A DNA stretch of 64,000 nt, from IMG/VR virus record IMGVR_UViG_3300030339_000006; one strand, 5' to 3'. The stretch comes from a virus. The notes under the pieces were generated by a model. It saw only the letters and a list, made by a program, of their open reading frames with translations. It did not search any database and was not told where the DNA came from. Positions 35,659 to 45,443 of this stretch are shown piece after piece. Every line of letters begins with the position of its first letter. Positions within the stretch are counted from its first letter, which is position 1. The position numbers and the translations under genes are program-made.

Positions 35659-36159
35659 TTAAAGTGTTGGCCAAACCGGATCAACCAAGTTGATACCCAT
35701 TAAAGCTTTGATGTACGTGATATACTTGTTTAACTCGGCCTGTGATTCTTCATCGAGGCTGTCGGTCGATTCAAGCATCTTCAGCCGGGAGACAGTATCC
35801 GTAATCCCATTCAGTAGTACGGTACGTTTAGTCTTCGTCTGATCGATCTTTTCCTGCTCGCTTAACTCCCGAGCGACGAATCCGTCCAGCGTAATGCGAT
35901 ACTTAGAGAACGTGAAATCTTCCGGTATAGTTTCCTGATCGATCTCGGCGACACGAAGTCCACAAGGAGTCAGGTAACTCGGGTCGGTATGGTACGCTCT
36001 CGGTGAGCCATCTTGATCAATCAAGAAGACGTGCGGAGCAGTGATATCCCGGCGATACACGTACCAGTCTTGGCCGAGAGGGTCGGTCAGCCATTCAATT
36101 TTCGCGTCAACCGGTGCATTCTCCGGTGTGTACACTTCCCAAGGTCCAGTTATGATCAT
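35659..36159 (-). CDS. Tail fibre assembly chaperone
   Basis: G.DWY motif; C-terminal L..Y...L...VWP pattern of Tfa proteins. Confidence 0.7.
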   Translation of the reverse strand: MIITGPWEVYTPENAPVDAKIEWLTDPLGQDWYVYRRDITAPHVFLIDQDGSPRAYHTDPSYLTPCGLRVAEIDQETIPEDFTFSKYRITLDGFVARELSEQEKIDQTKTKRTVLLNGITDTVSRLKMLESTDSLDEESQAELNKYITYIKALMGINLVDPVWPTL

Positions 36160-37436
36160 AAGCCTACGTTGTACCAAACGCCTCCCATTTTCTTTTGCAG
36201 ATACACATACCAAACGCCATCAACATCTTCGATCCACAGTTTACTAGTCTGGTAATCCGCAACGTTAGTAATAACCCCGCCTGCGGGAACGCTTGTGCGA
36301 CGCCCTTGTGAGTAGTAGGTGAACTGTAGTTTGTCGTTCTGAGTTTCTCCTGACCAACGGAGATCTTGAACGGCACCGAGGTTCGCAATCAGGGCGTTAA
36401 CCTCTGCTTGAGTATACGCACCAACGCCGTGAGCATCAATCGTTAAGTCATTGTCCAGGGTCATTCCGTTGATGCGGCGGGTGAGCGGGACTTTAGAGTT
36501 AGCCGTCTCATAGGCCACACGTACGGCATTGGCAGAACCGGCGTCAGTGGTAGATCCACTCGTGATCGAGTCGAGAACGCGGGTCAGACCTTGAACGCTG
36601 CTGGTCGCAATCGGGATATCCGACAGTTCAATGCGACGGCGCCATCCTGAGAAAGATCCTGCGGTAACAGCGGCGGTATAGAGATTACCGGCATCGGAGA
36701 TCAACGAGAGTGACTTGTAGTTCGTCACTTCATGGCTGGTACAGATGATTTCACCCCATCCGCCGACCACGTCGGTAGGATAGTTCGAATAGCCATTGCC
36801 CGGATAGTTATCCAAGTGATATACGCCGAACGGTTTATCGTTGAAGTACGTCGCCAGGTTAGTGCCCGTCGGGATCATAATCGATTTCGCGCCGACGCCA
36901 TAAAGGTCCAGCAACTGCTGGGTCTTCAGCGAGGTCATCGCACGGGTATTCTCAGTCTTGCTCTGGGCTTCCGCCGTTGCAGCAATCTCAATGAAACCCT
37001 TCTGAATCTCCGTCGCGTACGGGTGGTTCACAGAGGATTCATGCAGAGCAATAGCCGCGGCGATCGCTGCGTTCATCTCTGCCGTCTGTACGAAGGTCTT
37101 CCACCCACGGAAGACGTCCCCGAATACTTCCCCGATAAACAGGTTGTTACCCTTGGTGTTTGCGAAGATCGTGATGTTACCCGGCACGCCGCCGTAAATG
37201 ACGGTGTAGTACGTCTGCAAACCGTTAGGAGAACCGGTGCTCTGGCTGATCGCCGGGTCATCGTAGAAGAATCCACCGGTAGAACGGGCAAAGTAGTTCC
37301 CAATGTTAACGCCGGCCGGGATCGTTTTGGCCATGCCGCCGGTTCCGTACGAATCGAGTAAAGCTTGAGCTTGGTCCTGCGTCATCACGTACGGGTGGTT
37401 TACACCGGCACGGTCGACGACTGTTAATTCATTCAT
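36156..37436 (-). CDS. Tail fibre protein
   Basis: HPYATEIQKGFIEIA and ATSSVQGLT..SANAVRVAY fibre repeats; C-terminal VQDLR...LQKKMGGVWYNV. Confidence 0.8.
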   Translation of the reverse strand: MNELTVVDRAGVNHPYVMTQDQAQALLDSYGTGGMAKTIPAGVNIGNYFARSTGGFFYDDPAISQSTGSPNGLQTYYTVIYGGVPGNITIFANTKGNNLFIGEVFGDVFRGWKTFVQTAEMNAAIAAAIALHESSVNHPYATEIQKGFIEIAATAEAQSKTENTRAMTSLKTQQLLDLYGVGAKSIMIPTGTNLATYFNDKPFGVYHLDNYPGNGYSNYPTDVVGGWGEIICTSHEVTNYKSLSLISDAGNLYTAAVTAGSFSGWRRRIELSDIPIATSSVQGLTRVLDSITSGSTTDAGSANAVRVAYETANSKVPLTRRINGMTLDNDLTIDAHGVGAYTQAEVNALIANLGAVQDLRWSGETQNDKLQFTYYSQGRRTSVPAGGVITNVADYQTSKLWIEDVDGVWYVYLQKKMGGVWYNVGL

Positions 37437-37457
37437 GGAATTCTCCTGTAATAAGCA

Positions 37458-37465
37458 CTATTTTA
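37458..37465 (-). promoter_or_regulatory. Putative late promoter TAAAATAG
   Basis: 22 bp upstream of tail fibre ATG. Confidence 0.5.
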
Positions 37466-38083
37466 CCTGCGGATGATGTTCAGTGCCTGTCCACCTTGGA
37501 TCAGGAATTTCATCGGGGTGTACGTTCCAACCCACTCACCGTTGACATAACGGAGGTTCGTTAGGATACCTGAATTTCCGGAAGCATCATCCGGATTCTG
37601 GGCCACCTGAGTCCCTGTGATCTCTTCTGCAGCGTCGGTATCAAAAAAGAGATACGGACCGGTAGGATCGGCCGGTCCTAGCTTAGCGTCAATCTCTGCT
37701 GCCGTGTACATGTTGAAGTCGTTCAGCGTCAACGTGACGTCGGCGGTCAGGGCTTTCCCGTTGATCTTCACCGTCGGCAGGGCTTTTGTCTGGGCCAGCA
37801 GTTTCTTTGCAGCGTAGACTGAAGCGGCTGTCGTTTGAGACTGGGAGCTGGTCAGGGAGTCAATCTTGGCCAAGCCTACCGCACCGGTAGAGGAATCTGC
37901 GTAGACGGGGTTCTCCACGTCTGACCACGGTACCGCTTCCCCGGCGCCCATTTTCCCTTCCAGGACGTCCATGAGATCATCCGCCCGCTGGCTCTGAGCG
38001 GGAATTTCTTGAGTTAATCCTTCCACGTCACGCGTGGTTAAGAAGCTCGGGTCTACCCCGACTTCGCTTACGAGTGTGATCAT
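37463..38083 (-). CDS. Short tail-fibre-like protein
   Basis: INGKALTADVTL repeat plus GLAKI..AAS..AAK fibre motif. Confidence 0.65.
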   Translation of the reverse strand: MITLVSEVGVDPSFLTTRDVEGLTQEIPAQSQRADDLMDVLEGKMGAGEAVPWSDVENPVYADSSTGAVGLAKIDSLTSSQSQTTAASVYAAKKLLAQTKALPTVKINGKALTADVTLTLNDFNMYTAAEIDAKLGPADPTGPYLFFDTDAAEEITGTQVAQNPDDASGNSGILTNLRYVNGEWVGTYTPMKFLIQGGQALNIIRR

Positions 38084-38667
38084 AGATTTACCTTCACGTT
38101 AGTGTATACACCTGTGATCATGTCCCAGATCTGCAGAGGACGAGATAACACCGGGTCCGTCGGTGAGACGAATCGGGTGATAAAGTTCCCCGATGGGACG
38201 GCGGACAGAGAGGTGGTGACTGCTGGGCCCCACAGGAGGGTTCGATCTCCCGGAACGGTAGTGATCAGGGCATCTACCTGGGCCTTCGTCAGGGAGTACA
38301 CGTCTTCTGCCGTCAGCACCACGTCACGGTCAAGTGTGCGGGAGTTAACCTGGCGGGTAATTGGCACGAAGCCATAACCGTTCGAGTTCACCTTCCACAG
38401 GCCCAGCAGTGACGCCGCTCGGGTCTTGTCGTTAGTGATTGCGTCGGACAGTTCTACCACACCGGTCACACCGATTGCCGCTGCGGGTTTACCCACGATA
38501 TCCACCCATTGGATCTTGCCACCTTTATCTACCAAGCCGGCCGAACCGAGTTCCACCCCATTCAGAGTGACGTCCACGGCGGCCATGCGAGTATAGATCG
38601 TGGCGATGTCTGACTTTAAAGCCAGCGGGCGAGGACTCTCCATCCCGCCCAGAGTAATTTGTGTCAT
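38080..38667 (-). CDS. Short tail-fibre-like protein
   Basis: W.DIVGKP, GVVELSD, VPITRQVNSRTLDRDVVL. Confidence 0.65.
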   Translation of the reverse strand: MTQITLGGMESPRPLALKSDIATIYTRMAAVDVTLNGVELGSAGLVDKGGKIQWVDIVGKPAAAIGVTGVVELSDAITNDKTRAASLLGLWKVNSNGYGFVPITRQVNSRTLDRDVVLTAEDVYSLTKAQVDALITTVPGDRTLLWGPAVTTSLSAVPSGNFITRFVSPTDPVLSRPLQIWDMITGVYTNVKVNL

Positions 38668-39314
38668 GCTACCACACTCCAGATGCCTTTTCTCAGTACG
38701 GCAAATTTATAGTAAGTCATCGTGATCGACGTTGGGGTAATCGCCGTGATCGTGCCCATGGCTCCCGGGGCGTCGGTCGTCGTCGGGTTATACGTCACGG
38801 TCGTTTTCACTAATCGATAGTCGTCCCCGGCCAGGTCTGTCGGTCCGTGGCGCCCACCGGCCTTGGCCAGAATGACATCCGTCGAGTATGACCCGAGATC
38901 TTCTGCCGTCACGAACACGTCATGGCGAAGATCATACCCATTCACCTTCCGGCTGGCCGAGAGGGCACCGAGGAAGTAGTTCTGGATAGCGAGCATCCCA
39001 GCCGGCGTTGCTGCGACCAAGTGATCACCGTCGACCAGAGCACCGGTCACTTCACCGTATTTCAACAGTCCGGCTACCGGTTGGAACCCCCATTGAATCC
39101 CGGGGTTGGGCGTTTGAGCGTACGGGACGCCAGACACGTCGGCCCAGGCCCACGAGGTTTTCTGTGCGAGTTTCGTATCGTAATAAGCTTGTAATGCTGC
39201 CGTTTTGACTTCAAGAGCGGTTACATCCGCATCGAGATTTGGAAGGTCACCGACTCGGACTAATCCGGGATTGATGAACGTACCGTCTGCGACGACAGTC
39301 AGCTGGTCTGCCAT
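38664..39314 (-). CDS. Short tail-fibre-like protein
   Basis: WADVSGVP, AATP, RKVNGYDLRHDV; AGGAGG RBS at 39314. Confidence 0.65.
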   Translation of the reverse strand: MADQLTVVADGTFINPGLVRVGDLPNLDADVTALEVKTAALQAYYDTKLAQKTSWAWADVSGVPYAQTPNPGIQWGFQPVAGLLKYGEVTGALVDGDHLVAATPAGMLAIQNYFLGALSASRKVNGYDLRHDVFVTAEDLGSYSTDVILAKAGGRHGPTDLAGDDYRLVKTTVTYNPTTTDAPGAMGTITAITPTSITMTYYKFAVLRKGIWSVVA

Positions 39315-39378
39315 AGAGGCCTCCTGTTTCGTAGTAGTGTACTGCATGTGTGAGGGTTTAGCTATATTCCCTAATCCG

Positions 39379-39395
39379 CTATTTTAAGGTATAAG
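39379..39395. promoter_or_regulatory. Back-to-back promoters: TAAAATAG (-) and GGTATAAG (+)
   Basis: CTATTTTA-A-GGTATAAG between tail-fibre operon and replication operon. Confidence 0.65.
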
Positions 39396-39428
39396 ATTTT
39401 TAGAAACCACACTACACGTAGAGGACCT

Positions 39429-39920
39429 ATGAACAATTTATCCGATCAAATCAAGTATCTTTCAGACAAGCTCCCAGCGGCCATTGAGATCTACACCGAT
39501 GGCTGTTGCAAGGGCAATCCAGGTCCTGGCGGTTGGGGTGTGTACTTTGAGGCTCTCGACGATGGCCTGTGCGGCGGCGAAGTGATGACGACCAACAATC
39601 GCATGGAATTAATGGCGATGCTCACTACCCTGACCGTGCTCAGCCAAGTCCCCTTCACCTCTGCGAATATCTACCCTGACTCTCAGTACGTCCGTAAGGG
39701 CTTGACAGAGTGGCGTAATAACTGGGAACGTAATGGCTGGCGGACCGCCGATAAGCAGCCAGTAAAAAATAAAGACTTGTGGGTTCAACTTTTGCCGCTC
39801 TATGATACACTAAAGTCCAAACTCTCCTTCCATTGGGTGAAAGGCCATTCCGGTATTCCTGGCAATGAAGCCGCCGATGCACTAGCCAACAAAGGTTACA
39901 TTGAATGTTTAACGAAATAA
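39429..39920 (+). CDS. rnhA: Ribonuclease HI
   Basis: IYTDGCCKGNPGPGGWG, TTNNRMEL, DSQYV, VKNKDLW, WVKGHSG..GNE.AD.LA. Confidence 0.97.
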   Translation: MNNLSDQIKYLSDKLPAAIEIYTDGCCKGNPGPGGWGVYFEALDDGLCGGEVMTTNNRMELMAMLTTLTVLSQVPFTSANIYPDSQYVRKGLTEWRNNWERNGWRTADKQPVKNKDLWVQLLPLYDTLKSKLSFHWVKGHSGIPGNEAADALANKGYIECLTK

Positions 39921-42796
39921 AACAACGGGTATCCATCGTCGATGCCTATGACAAGTACTGCCCTGAAGTCCCACTGCGTGCCCGCGGTGAGAACGATTTC
40001 ATCCCCGAGGATGATTGCTGTCCGTGGCATGGAGGCCACGGTTCGTTCCACGTCATGTTCGACATTGAAGATCCGACCAAGGGTTTCGCCAAGTGTTTCT
40101 CCTCAGCGTGTACCCATCCTGAGGAAACGGCCGATGTTATCGAGTTCGTTCGCCGTACGCTGAGCCTGGAGAGCCCGAAAGAGGCTGCCCAGCGTATCAT
40201 CGCGGACTTCGAACTCGGCCTGGTCTTCGAGGTCAGTACCAGCCAGAAGATCTTCAACGAAGCCGCTCAGTATTACCAGAACATGTTCCTGACGTCGAAG
40301 ATCTACGAATCCATCGACAAGAAAACTCCTCTGGACTATCAGAAGGAGAACCGTGGGCATAAAGAGGCTACTCTTTTAGCCTTCCGCATCGGTTGGACTG
40401 ACGGTGCCGAGTTGTGCAAGCACTTGGAAATGAAAGGGTTTACCGTCGATGAGATCGTGGCCAGCGGCCTCGGTGCCAAGACCGGTACGTCCATCCGTGA
40501 CAAGTTGCCGAAGGAAGCGTTCGTCTACACGGCGTACGTCGGCGGCCGCCCGTCTCGCTTTACCTTTAAGACACTACGTCTGGGTAACGACGGCAAGCCG
40601 ATTGCCTACCAGTTGAAGAAAGAGTTCTGGCTGAACGGTGTGGTCGTCATGGGCCAGGATACTGTCGCCAGTCACGAAGACATTGCCGTGGTAGAGGGTG
40701 AGAACGACGCACTCTCCTTGATGGACATGGAGTGGCCGGGCGGTATCATCATCATGAATGGCCAGCCAGGCAAGAACCAATACGAGTACCTGAAGACTGC
40801 CTTGAAGCATAAGCGTATCCATACGTTCTATGACGCGGATGAAGCCGGTGACAAATACCGACTGAACTCCTGGGCGTGGGCGGAAGGTGAAATCCATCAA
40901 TACCGAGTTCCGGAAAACGACGAAGATGTGGATCTGTATATTCAGCGCCGCCGTAATGATGAGCTTAATCCTGTCGAGCGTCTCATGGATGGCGGTGAAG
41001 TTGCTCGTCCGTCTAACGGCGAGGCTGATAACGCAGCTGTTAAGGTTACTGGCTCCGGTCAGATAATCGAGAAGGACGGTTGCTACTTTGGCTTCAAGCA
41101 ATTCACTTCGGCGAACGGTGACGTGAAAGAGCAGCTGACCCAGCTGACCAACTTCACGATCAAAATGAAGACCGTGCTGGTACACCGTGGCGACCGTATC
41201 CGTGAGTTGGAATTCACTCGCGACGACGGTTACCGCTCCGGTTCTGTCTACCTGAACTCCTCGTCCAAGTCCTCTATGCGACTGTTCAAGGAATTCTGTG
41301 CGAAGTCCGGTGACGCTCTGTTCCTCGGAACGGATTCTGACCTGAACAACCTGTGGATGCACTTGGCGGCGACACAGCGTGAACGTGTAGTGAACATCCC
41401 TGAGTACTGCGGTTACGTCGCTGAGTTGAACATGTGGCTGTTCCGTAACGTCATGATCAATAACGCGACCGGTGCTGTGTACTTACCGGACGAGCGTGGC
41501 ATCTTCTGGACGCAGCCGGGCCAGGGTATCATGCCACAATCCATCTCCTCGGACATTCTGCAGGACGGTGTGAACGTGGAAGACGCGATGAATATCCCAA
41601 TGCTTCGCGATGATATCAAAGATCCGGAAGAGTTCATGGAGTGGCAGGGCGAGGTGATTCGTCGTCTGGCGGATATCGTTGGCATGCAGGAAGCCTGTAC
41701 CCTGATGGGTTGGGCCAATGCGAATGCGTACTCGACGGCAATCTTCCAGTCACAGCACTTCTTCCCAATGCTGATGTTCTGGGGCCGCCACGGTAAAGGC
41801 AAAACGACGATCGTGCAGTGGATTCTGTCGACCTTCGACATGCTGGAGAACAACAAAGGCTACATGGTGGTGTCAGCGATGGAGAAATCCACCGTCGGCT
41901 TCCAGCGGAAGATGGAGTATTACTCCAGCCTGCCAATCTGTGTGGATGAACTGCGTGCGGACTTCAAGACCAAAGAGCACTACTCCATGTGGCGTGGTAT
42001 GTTCAACCGTGCACCGCGTACTCTCGGTACTCCGCGTCAGGGTGTCGTTAAGCTGCAGAAAGTCCGTGCCAATCTGGGCTTCGGCGGTCAGGATGCCTTC
42101 ACCGATGCTGCTCTGCAGTCTCGCTGTATTGGCATGAAGACCAGCAACATGCGTAGCGACGAGCGTTCCCAAGCGTCCTACCGCTGGTTGAGCAACGAAG
42201 TGGACTACTTCCCACGCTTTGGTTACCACTGGATTCTCGAGTCCACCCGTGCAGATAAAGCCTCGATGGAACTCGCGTGGGAAGAGATGAAGGAGCGTAT
42301 CAACGCTGCCCTGCCAAAGGGTTCCGACGTTGGTTCCCGTACGAAGGACATGTGGAAAATCGTTGGGTGGTTCGGTGAACGCTTCATGAACACCTACTTC
42401 CCAGGCGAAGAGTACATGCCATGGATGCTCAACCAAATCCGTCAGGACGTTGAGATGCAAACGGAAGTCGATATCGTCACCGAAGTGTGGAGCAAGATTG
42501 CTTCCCGTCAGGTCGGCCGCAATCCCGATATCACCCTGGACCACGTCATGACCGACGGCAGCAAGCTCTACGTGTGGTGGCCGGCAGTGATGGACATTCT
42601 CGACCGTGAGTTGGCTCACTTGGGTCATGCCAAGTCGACGATTCGCACGGCAATGCTAGAGGAAGCGTACTACGAAGGCACCGCTACCCGTCGTATGGGT
42701 GTGGCCAACCATCAGCGTCGCGTCCTCGTGTTCAACCTCGAAAATGCACCGGAAGTCGTGAAGCAAATTGCGATTGTCTCTCCGGACGGCTTTTAA
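39905..42796 (+). CDS. DNA primase-helicase fusion
   Basis: Zn finger CPWH..CF..C, DnaG-like core, TOPRIM VEGEND / FYDADEAG, P-loop GRHGKGKT, Walker B CVDE. Confidence 0.88.
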   Translation: MFNEIKQRVSIVDAYDKYCPEVPLRARGENDFIPEDDCCPWHGGHGSFHVMFDIEDPTKGFAKCFSSACTHPEETADVIEFVRRTLSLESPKEAAQRIIADFELGLVFEVSTSQKIFNEAAQYYQNMFLTSKIYESIDKKTPLDYQKENRGHKEATLLAFRIGWTDGAELCKHLEMKGFTVDEIVASGLGAKTGTSIRDKLPKEAFVYTAYVGGRPSRFTFKTLRLGNDGKPIAYQLKKEFWLNGVVVMGQDTVASHEDIAVVEGENDALSLMDMEWPGGIIIMNGQPGKNQYEYLKTALKHKRIHTFYDADEAGDKYRLNSWAWAEGEIHQYRVPENDEDVDLYIQRRRNDELNPVERLMDGGEVARPSNGEADNAAVKVTGSGQIIEKDGCYFGFKQFTSANGDVKEQLTQLTNFTIKMKTVLVHRGDRIRELEFTRDDGYRSGSVYLNSSSKSSMRLFKEFCAKSGDALFLGTDSDLNNLWMHLAATQRERVVNIPEYCGYVAELNMWLFRNVMINNATGAVYLPDERGIFWTQPGQGIMPQSISSDILQDGVNVEDAMNIPMLRDDIKDPEEFMEWQGEVIRRLADIVGMQEACTLMGWANANAYSTAIFQSQHFFPMLMFWGRHGKGKTTIVQWILSTFDMLENNKGYMVVSAMEKSTVGFQRKMEYYSSLPICVDELRADFKTKEHYSMWRGMFNRAPRTLGTPRQGVVKLQKVRANLGFGGQDAFTDAALQSRCIGMKTSNMRSDERSQASYRWLSNEVDYFPRFGYHWILESTRADKASMELAWEEMKERINAALPKGSDVGSRTKDMWKIVGWFGERFMNTYFPGEEYMPWMLNQIRQDVEMQTEVDIVTEVWSKIASRQVGRNPDITLDHVMTDGSKLYVWWPAVMDILDRELAHLGHAKSTIRTAMLEEAYYEGTATRRMGVANHQRRVLVFNLENAPEVVKQIAIVSPDGF

Positions 42797-42804
42797 GGAG
42801 CCCT

Positions 42805-43050
42805 ATGTTCTACCCTGAAATTCTTGATCGCTACGAAGCGATCCTTCGGGGAGCAGAAGACTTCGGTGAGGGTGATACCTCCCGAGGTCACCTTCTCGAC
42901 CTGATCGAGCTGCTCAACGGAAACGACGCCATGAGCCTGACCCGCAAACACCGCTGGCTGGGCTTTATCCAAGGAGTTATGATCTGCCACGGTCTGCTGA
43001 CCGTCTTGGAAGAACGTAACACCACTCGCAGTATCTTTGCTGGAGCTTAA
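42805..43050 (+). CDS. Hypothetical phage protein
   Basis: AAGGAG RBS; RWLGFIQG motif. Confidence 0.65.
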   Translation: MFYPEILDRYEAILRGAEDFGEGDTSRGHLLDLIELLNGNDAMSLTRKHRWLGFIQGVMICHGLLTVLEERNTTRSIFAGA

Positions 43051-43051
43051 T

Positions 43052-43786
43052 ATGAAACTTCAACCCACCCGTGACCTGCCGATCTACTCCCGTGCCAACC
43101 GGCCTGCAGTCATGCCCTCTGAAATGAGAGTCGGCGAGCTCGATAAACCGGTCACGATCGATAACCTGACCCAACGAATTATCGACGATAGTGGCTACAA
43201 CCCGATCTTCCCTCGCCATGCTCTGATGGTGGATATCGAGACGCTGGACACCCGGCCGTACTCGAAGATCCTGTCCATCGCCGGTGTCGTGTTCGATTCT
43301 CTGGCGGATCGCTCCTCGATCGTTGACGCCAACGGTAACGTCATTGCTCCACACTTCTCGATCGTCCTCGAGCTGATCGGCCAGGGGCATCGCACGCAGG
43401 ATGAATCGACCGTCGAGTGGTGGTCTAAGCAATCTCCTGAAGCCCGTGCCCCAATCTTCGGCCCAGGAGTGGCCAAGGTGCCGTACGTGGAAGGTATCCG
43501 TTCGTTCTGGGCGTGGGCCAAAGAACAGCAAGCGGACGGGGCATTTGCATGTTCTCCTGCGTTCGACTATACTATCCTGGATACGGCCGGCGAGGATGTC
43601 CTCGGGTACGGCAACAAGTTCCCCATTCCTTTCTACAACCACACCGACGTCCGCTCCCTGCGTAACTTCGTGTTCGGTAAGAAGAAAATCGACTGGGGCA
43701 TCAAACATGAAGCTCTGGGTGACTGCGTTCGCCAGATCTTCGAAATGCAGGAGTTATACTTATGGCGGAAGCAGAAACAAGGTTGA
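43052..43786 (+). CDS. DEDDh 3'-5' exonuclease (ExoVIII-N/Rv2179c-like)
   Basis: LMVDIETL, STVEWW..Q, FD.TIL, DVRSL, HEALGDC..Q. Confidence 0.85.
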   Translation: MKLQPTRDLPIYSRANRPAVMPSEMRVGELDKPVTIDNLTQRIIDDSGYNPIFPRHALMVDIETLDTRPYSKILSIAGVVFDSLADRSSIVDANGNVIAPHFSIVLELIGQGHRTQDESTVEWWSKQSPEARAPIFGPGVAKVPYVEGIRSFWAWAKEQQADGAFACSPAFDYTILDTAGEDVLGYGNKFPIPFYNHTDVRSLRNFVFGKKKIDWGIKHEALGDCVRQIFEMQELYLWRKQKQG

Positions 43787-44211
43787 TCGATCTATCCATT
43801 GAGAACAGTCACTGGATTCGTGCGTTTGAGTTCATGATGAGTGAGTTCAGACAGGATGCCCAGAAGGGGTTGTACCGTCCGGACCGGCAGGTAGTGGGCG
43901 TAGGGTTAGACCGTCGAGACCTGGCGTTGAACTCCACAGCGTTAACGCTACTGCTGAACACCAACGGTATCGGCTGTGAGTTCCACCCGGGCTTGCTCCG
44001 GGAAGTGAAGATCACCCGGCCGGTCGAGCAGGTTGGCAATGTTGTGTATCTGAACGGTGCACCGTCGCCGGAGCTCTTCGTTGAACTGATTGCGAACGAT
44101 ATCCCTGTTCCGATGGATGCGACCTTGGATGCTATCGCCGAACACTACAACGCGGGAGGGTCAATCTTCATTGTCCCTGCTGAAATTCACTGGCCGTTCT
44201 TACGGCAGTAA
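43762..44211 (+). CDS. Hypothetical protein
   Basis: ORF in operon; start uncertain. Confidence 0.55.
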   Translation: MAEAETRLIDLSIENSHWIRAFEFMMSEFRQDAQKGLYRPDRQVVGVGLDRRDLALNSTALTLLLNTNGIGCEFHPGLLREVKITRPVEQVGNVVYLNGAPSPELFVELIANDIPVPMDATLDAIAEHYNAGGSIFIVPAEIHWPFLRQ

Positions 44212-44213
44212 CC

Positions 44214-44240
44214 AAAGGCCCTTCGGGGCCTTTTCTTTTT
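44214..44240 (+). terminator. Rho-independent terminator
   Basis: AAAGGCCC-TTCG-GGGCCTTT-TCTTTTT. Confidence 0.7.
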
Positions 44241-44248
44241 GGTGAACT

Positions 44249-45142
44249 ATGAAACAATACTTGGATAATATCCTGTTCGTTCTTAACAACGGGCTGGAGA
44301 AAGGGGATCGCACTGGGACGGGAACCGTCTCCGTTATCGGTCAGGGTACGTCTTATGATCTGCTGGGTAATAAAGTTCCGGTCGTGACACTGAAGAAGAC
44401 CAACCTTCGCAGCGTCATTCATGAGCTCTTGTGGTTCATCAAGGGTGACACGAATATCCAGTACCTGCTGGATAACAACGTGCATATCTGGGATGAGTGG
44501 GCTGATGATGAAGGCAACCTCGGACCGGTCTACGGGAAGCAGTGGCGTTACTGGGATGATATCAAGCTCACAACTATTGGAAGCGACCGAGCAATTGATC
44601 TGTTAGGTAGAGGCTACCAACTTGAAGGCTCGATGGATACCCGATGGGTATTTACCCGCAAGATTGACCAGCTGCAGAACGCAATCGACCTCCTGCGTAC
44701 CGATCCAGATTCTCGTCGTATCATCGTGTCGTCCTGGAACCCAGGAGATCTCGAAGACATGGCTCTGGCGCCGTGCCATTGCTTCTTCCAGTTCTTCTCA
44801 GAGGAAGTTGAAGGCAAACGCTACCTGACCTGCCTGTTGTATCAACGTTCTGCCGACATGTTCCTCGGCGTGCCGTTCAACATTGCATCCTACGCGATCC
44901 TCACTCACTTGATAGCCTCTATAACGAACCATACGGCTGCTGGCTTGATCCACGTCACCGGGGACACTCACGTATACCAAAACCATTTGGACGTCGCAGC
45001 GAGCCTCTCAGACCTCCCTATGTACGACCTCCCGACCCTTCGGATCAACTCCCGAAAGGAGATCGACGAGTTCACTTTCGAAGATATCGAGATCCTGGGC
45101 TATCAGTCTGGCCCGTGGATCAAGGCGCCGGTGGCGGTGTGA
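44249..45142 (+). CDS. thyA: Thymidylate synthase
   Basis: DRTGTGT, ELLWF, LGPVYGKQW, MALAPCH, YQRSADMFLGVPFNIASY, GDTHVY. Confidence 0.97.
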   Translation: MKQYLDNILFVLNNGLEKGDRTGTGTVSVIGQGTSYDLLGNKVPVVTLKKTNLRSVIHELLWFIKGDTNIQYLLDNNVHIWDEWADDEGNLGPVYGKQWRYWDDIKLTTIGSDRAIDLLGRGYQLEGSMDTRWVFTRKIDQLQNAIDLLRTDPDSRRIIVSSWNPGDLEDMALAPCHCFFQFFSEEVEGKRYLTCLLYQRSADMFLGVPFNIASYAILTHLIASITNHTAAGLIHVTGDTHVYQNHLDVAASLSDLPMYDLPTLRINSRKEIDEFTFEDIEILGYQSGPWIKAPVAV

Positions 45143-45324
45143 AGTACCTGTGGATGGCGATCGCTTGCCTCTTCGCTTCATTCTTCTGCGGGGCGAGCAT
45201 GTTTCTCAGTGCACACGAAGGTTCACCGGAGGTGGTTCGCGGATTGTTCTTACTGGGGGAGTTTATCTTCTGGGTCGTCTGCGGGTATATACTGACGTGG
45301 CTGCTGTTTAAGATCTTCGACTAA
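45139..45324 (+). CDS. Small two-TM membrane protein
   Basis: GTGA overlap with thyA; two hydrophobic helices. Confidence 0.55.
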   Translation: MKYLWMAIACLFASFFCGASMFLSAHEGSPEVVRGLFLLGEFIFWVVCGYILTWLLFKIFD

Positions 45325-45405
45325 AAAAGTCCCCCGGCAGGAAAAGGAGGGAAAACCTTTCCGGGGGCAAAGATATAAGTGAGCCTTGATAGTACCCACT
45401 TTCCG

Positions 45406-45425
45406 GGTATAAGTAAAGTAGGAAA
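45406..45425 (+). promoter_or_regulatory. Phage promoter GGTATAAG
   Basis: Intergenic; GAGGA RBS follows. Confidence 0.6.
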
Positions 45426-45443
45426 TTTAACTGAGGAACGATT

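Noticed and set aside
44249-45142. ThyA as a base-modifying hydroxymethylase
   Set aside because: Motifs match canonical dUMP-specific ThyA (PCH, QRSAD..GVPFN); no modification gene cluster adjacent
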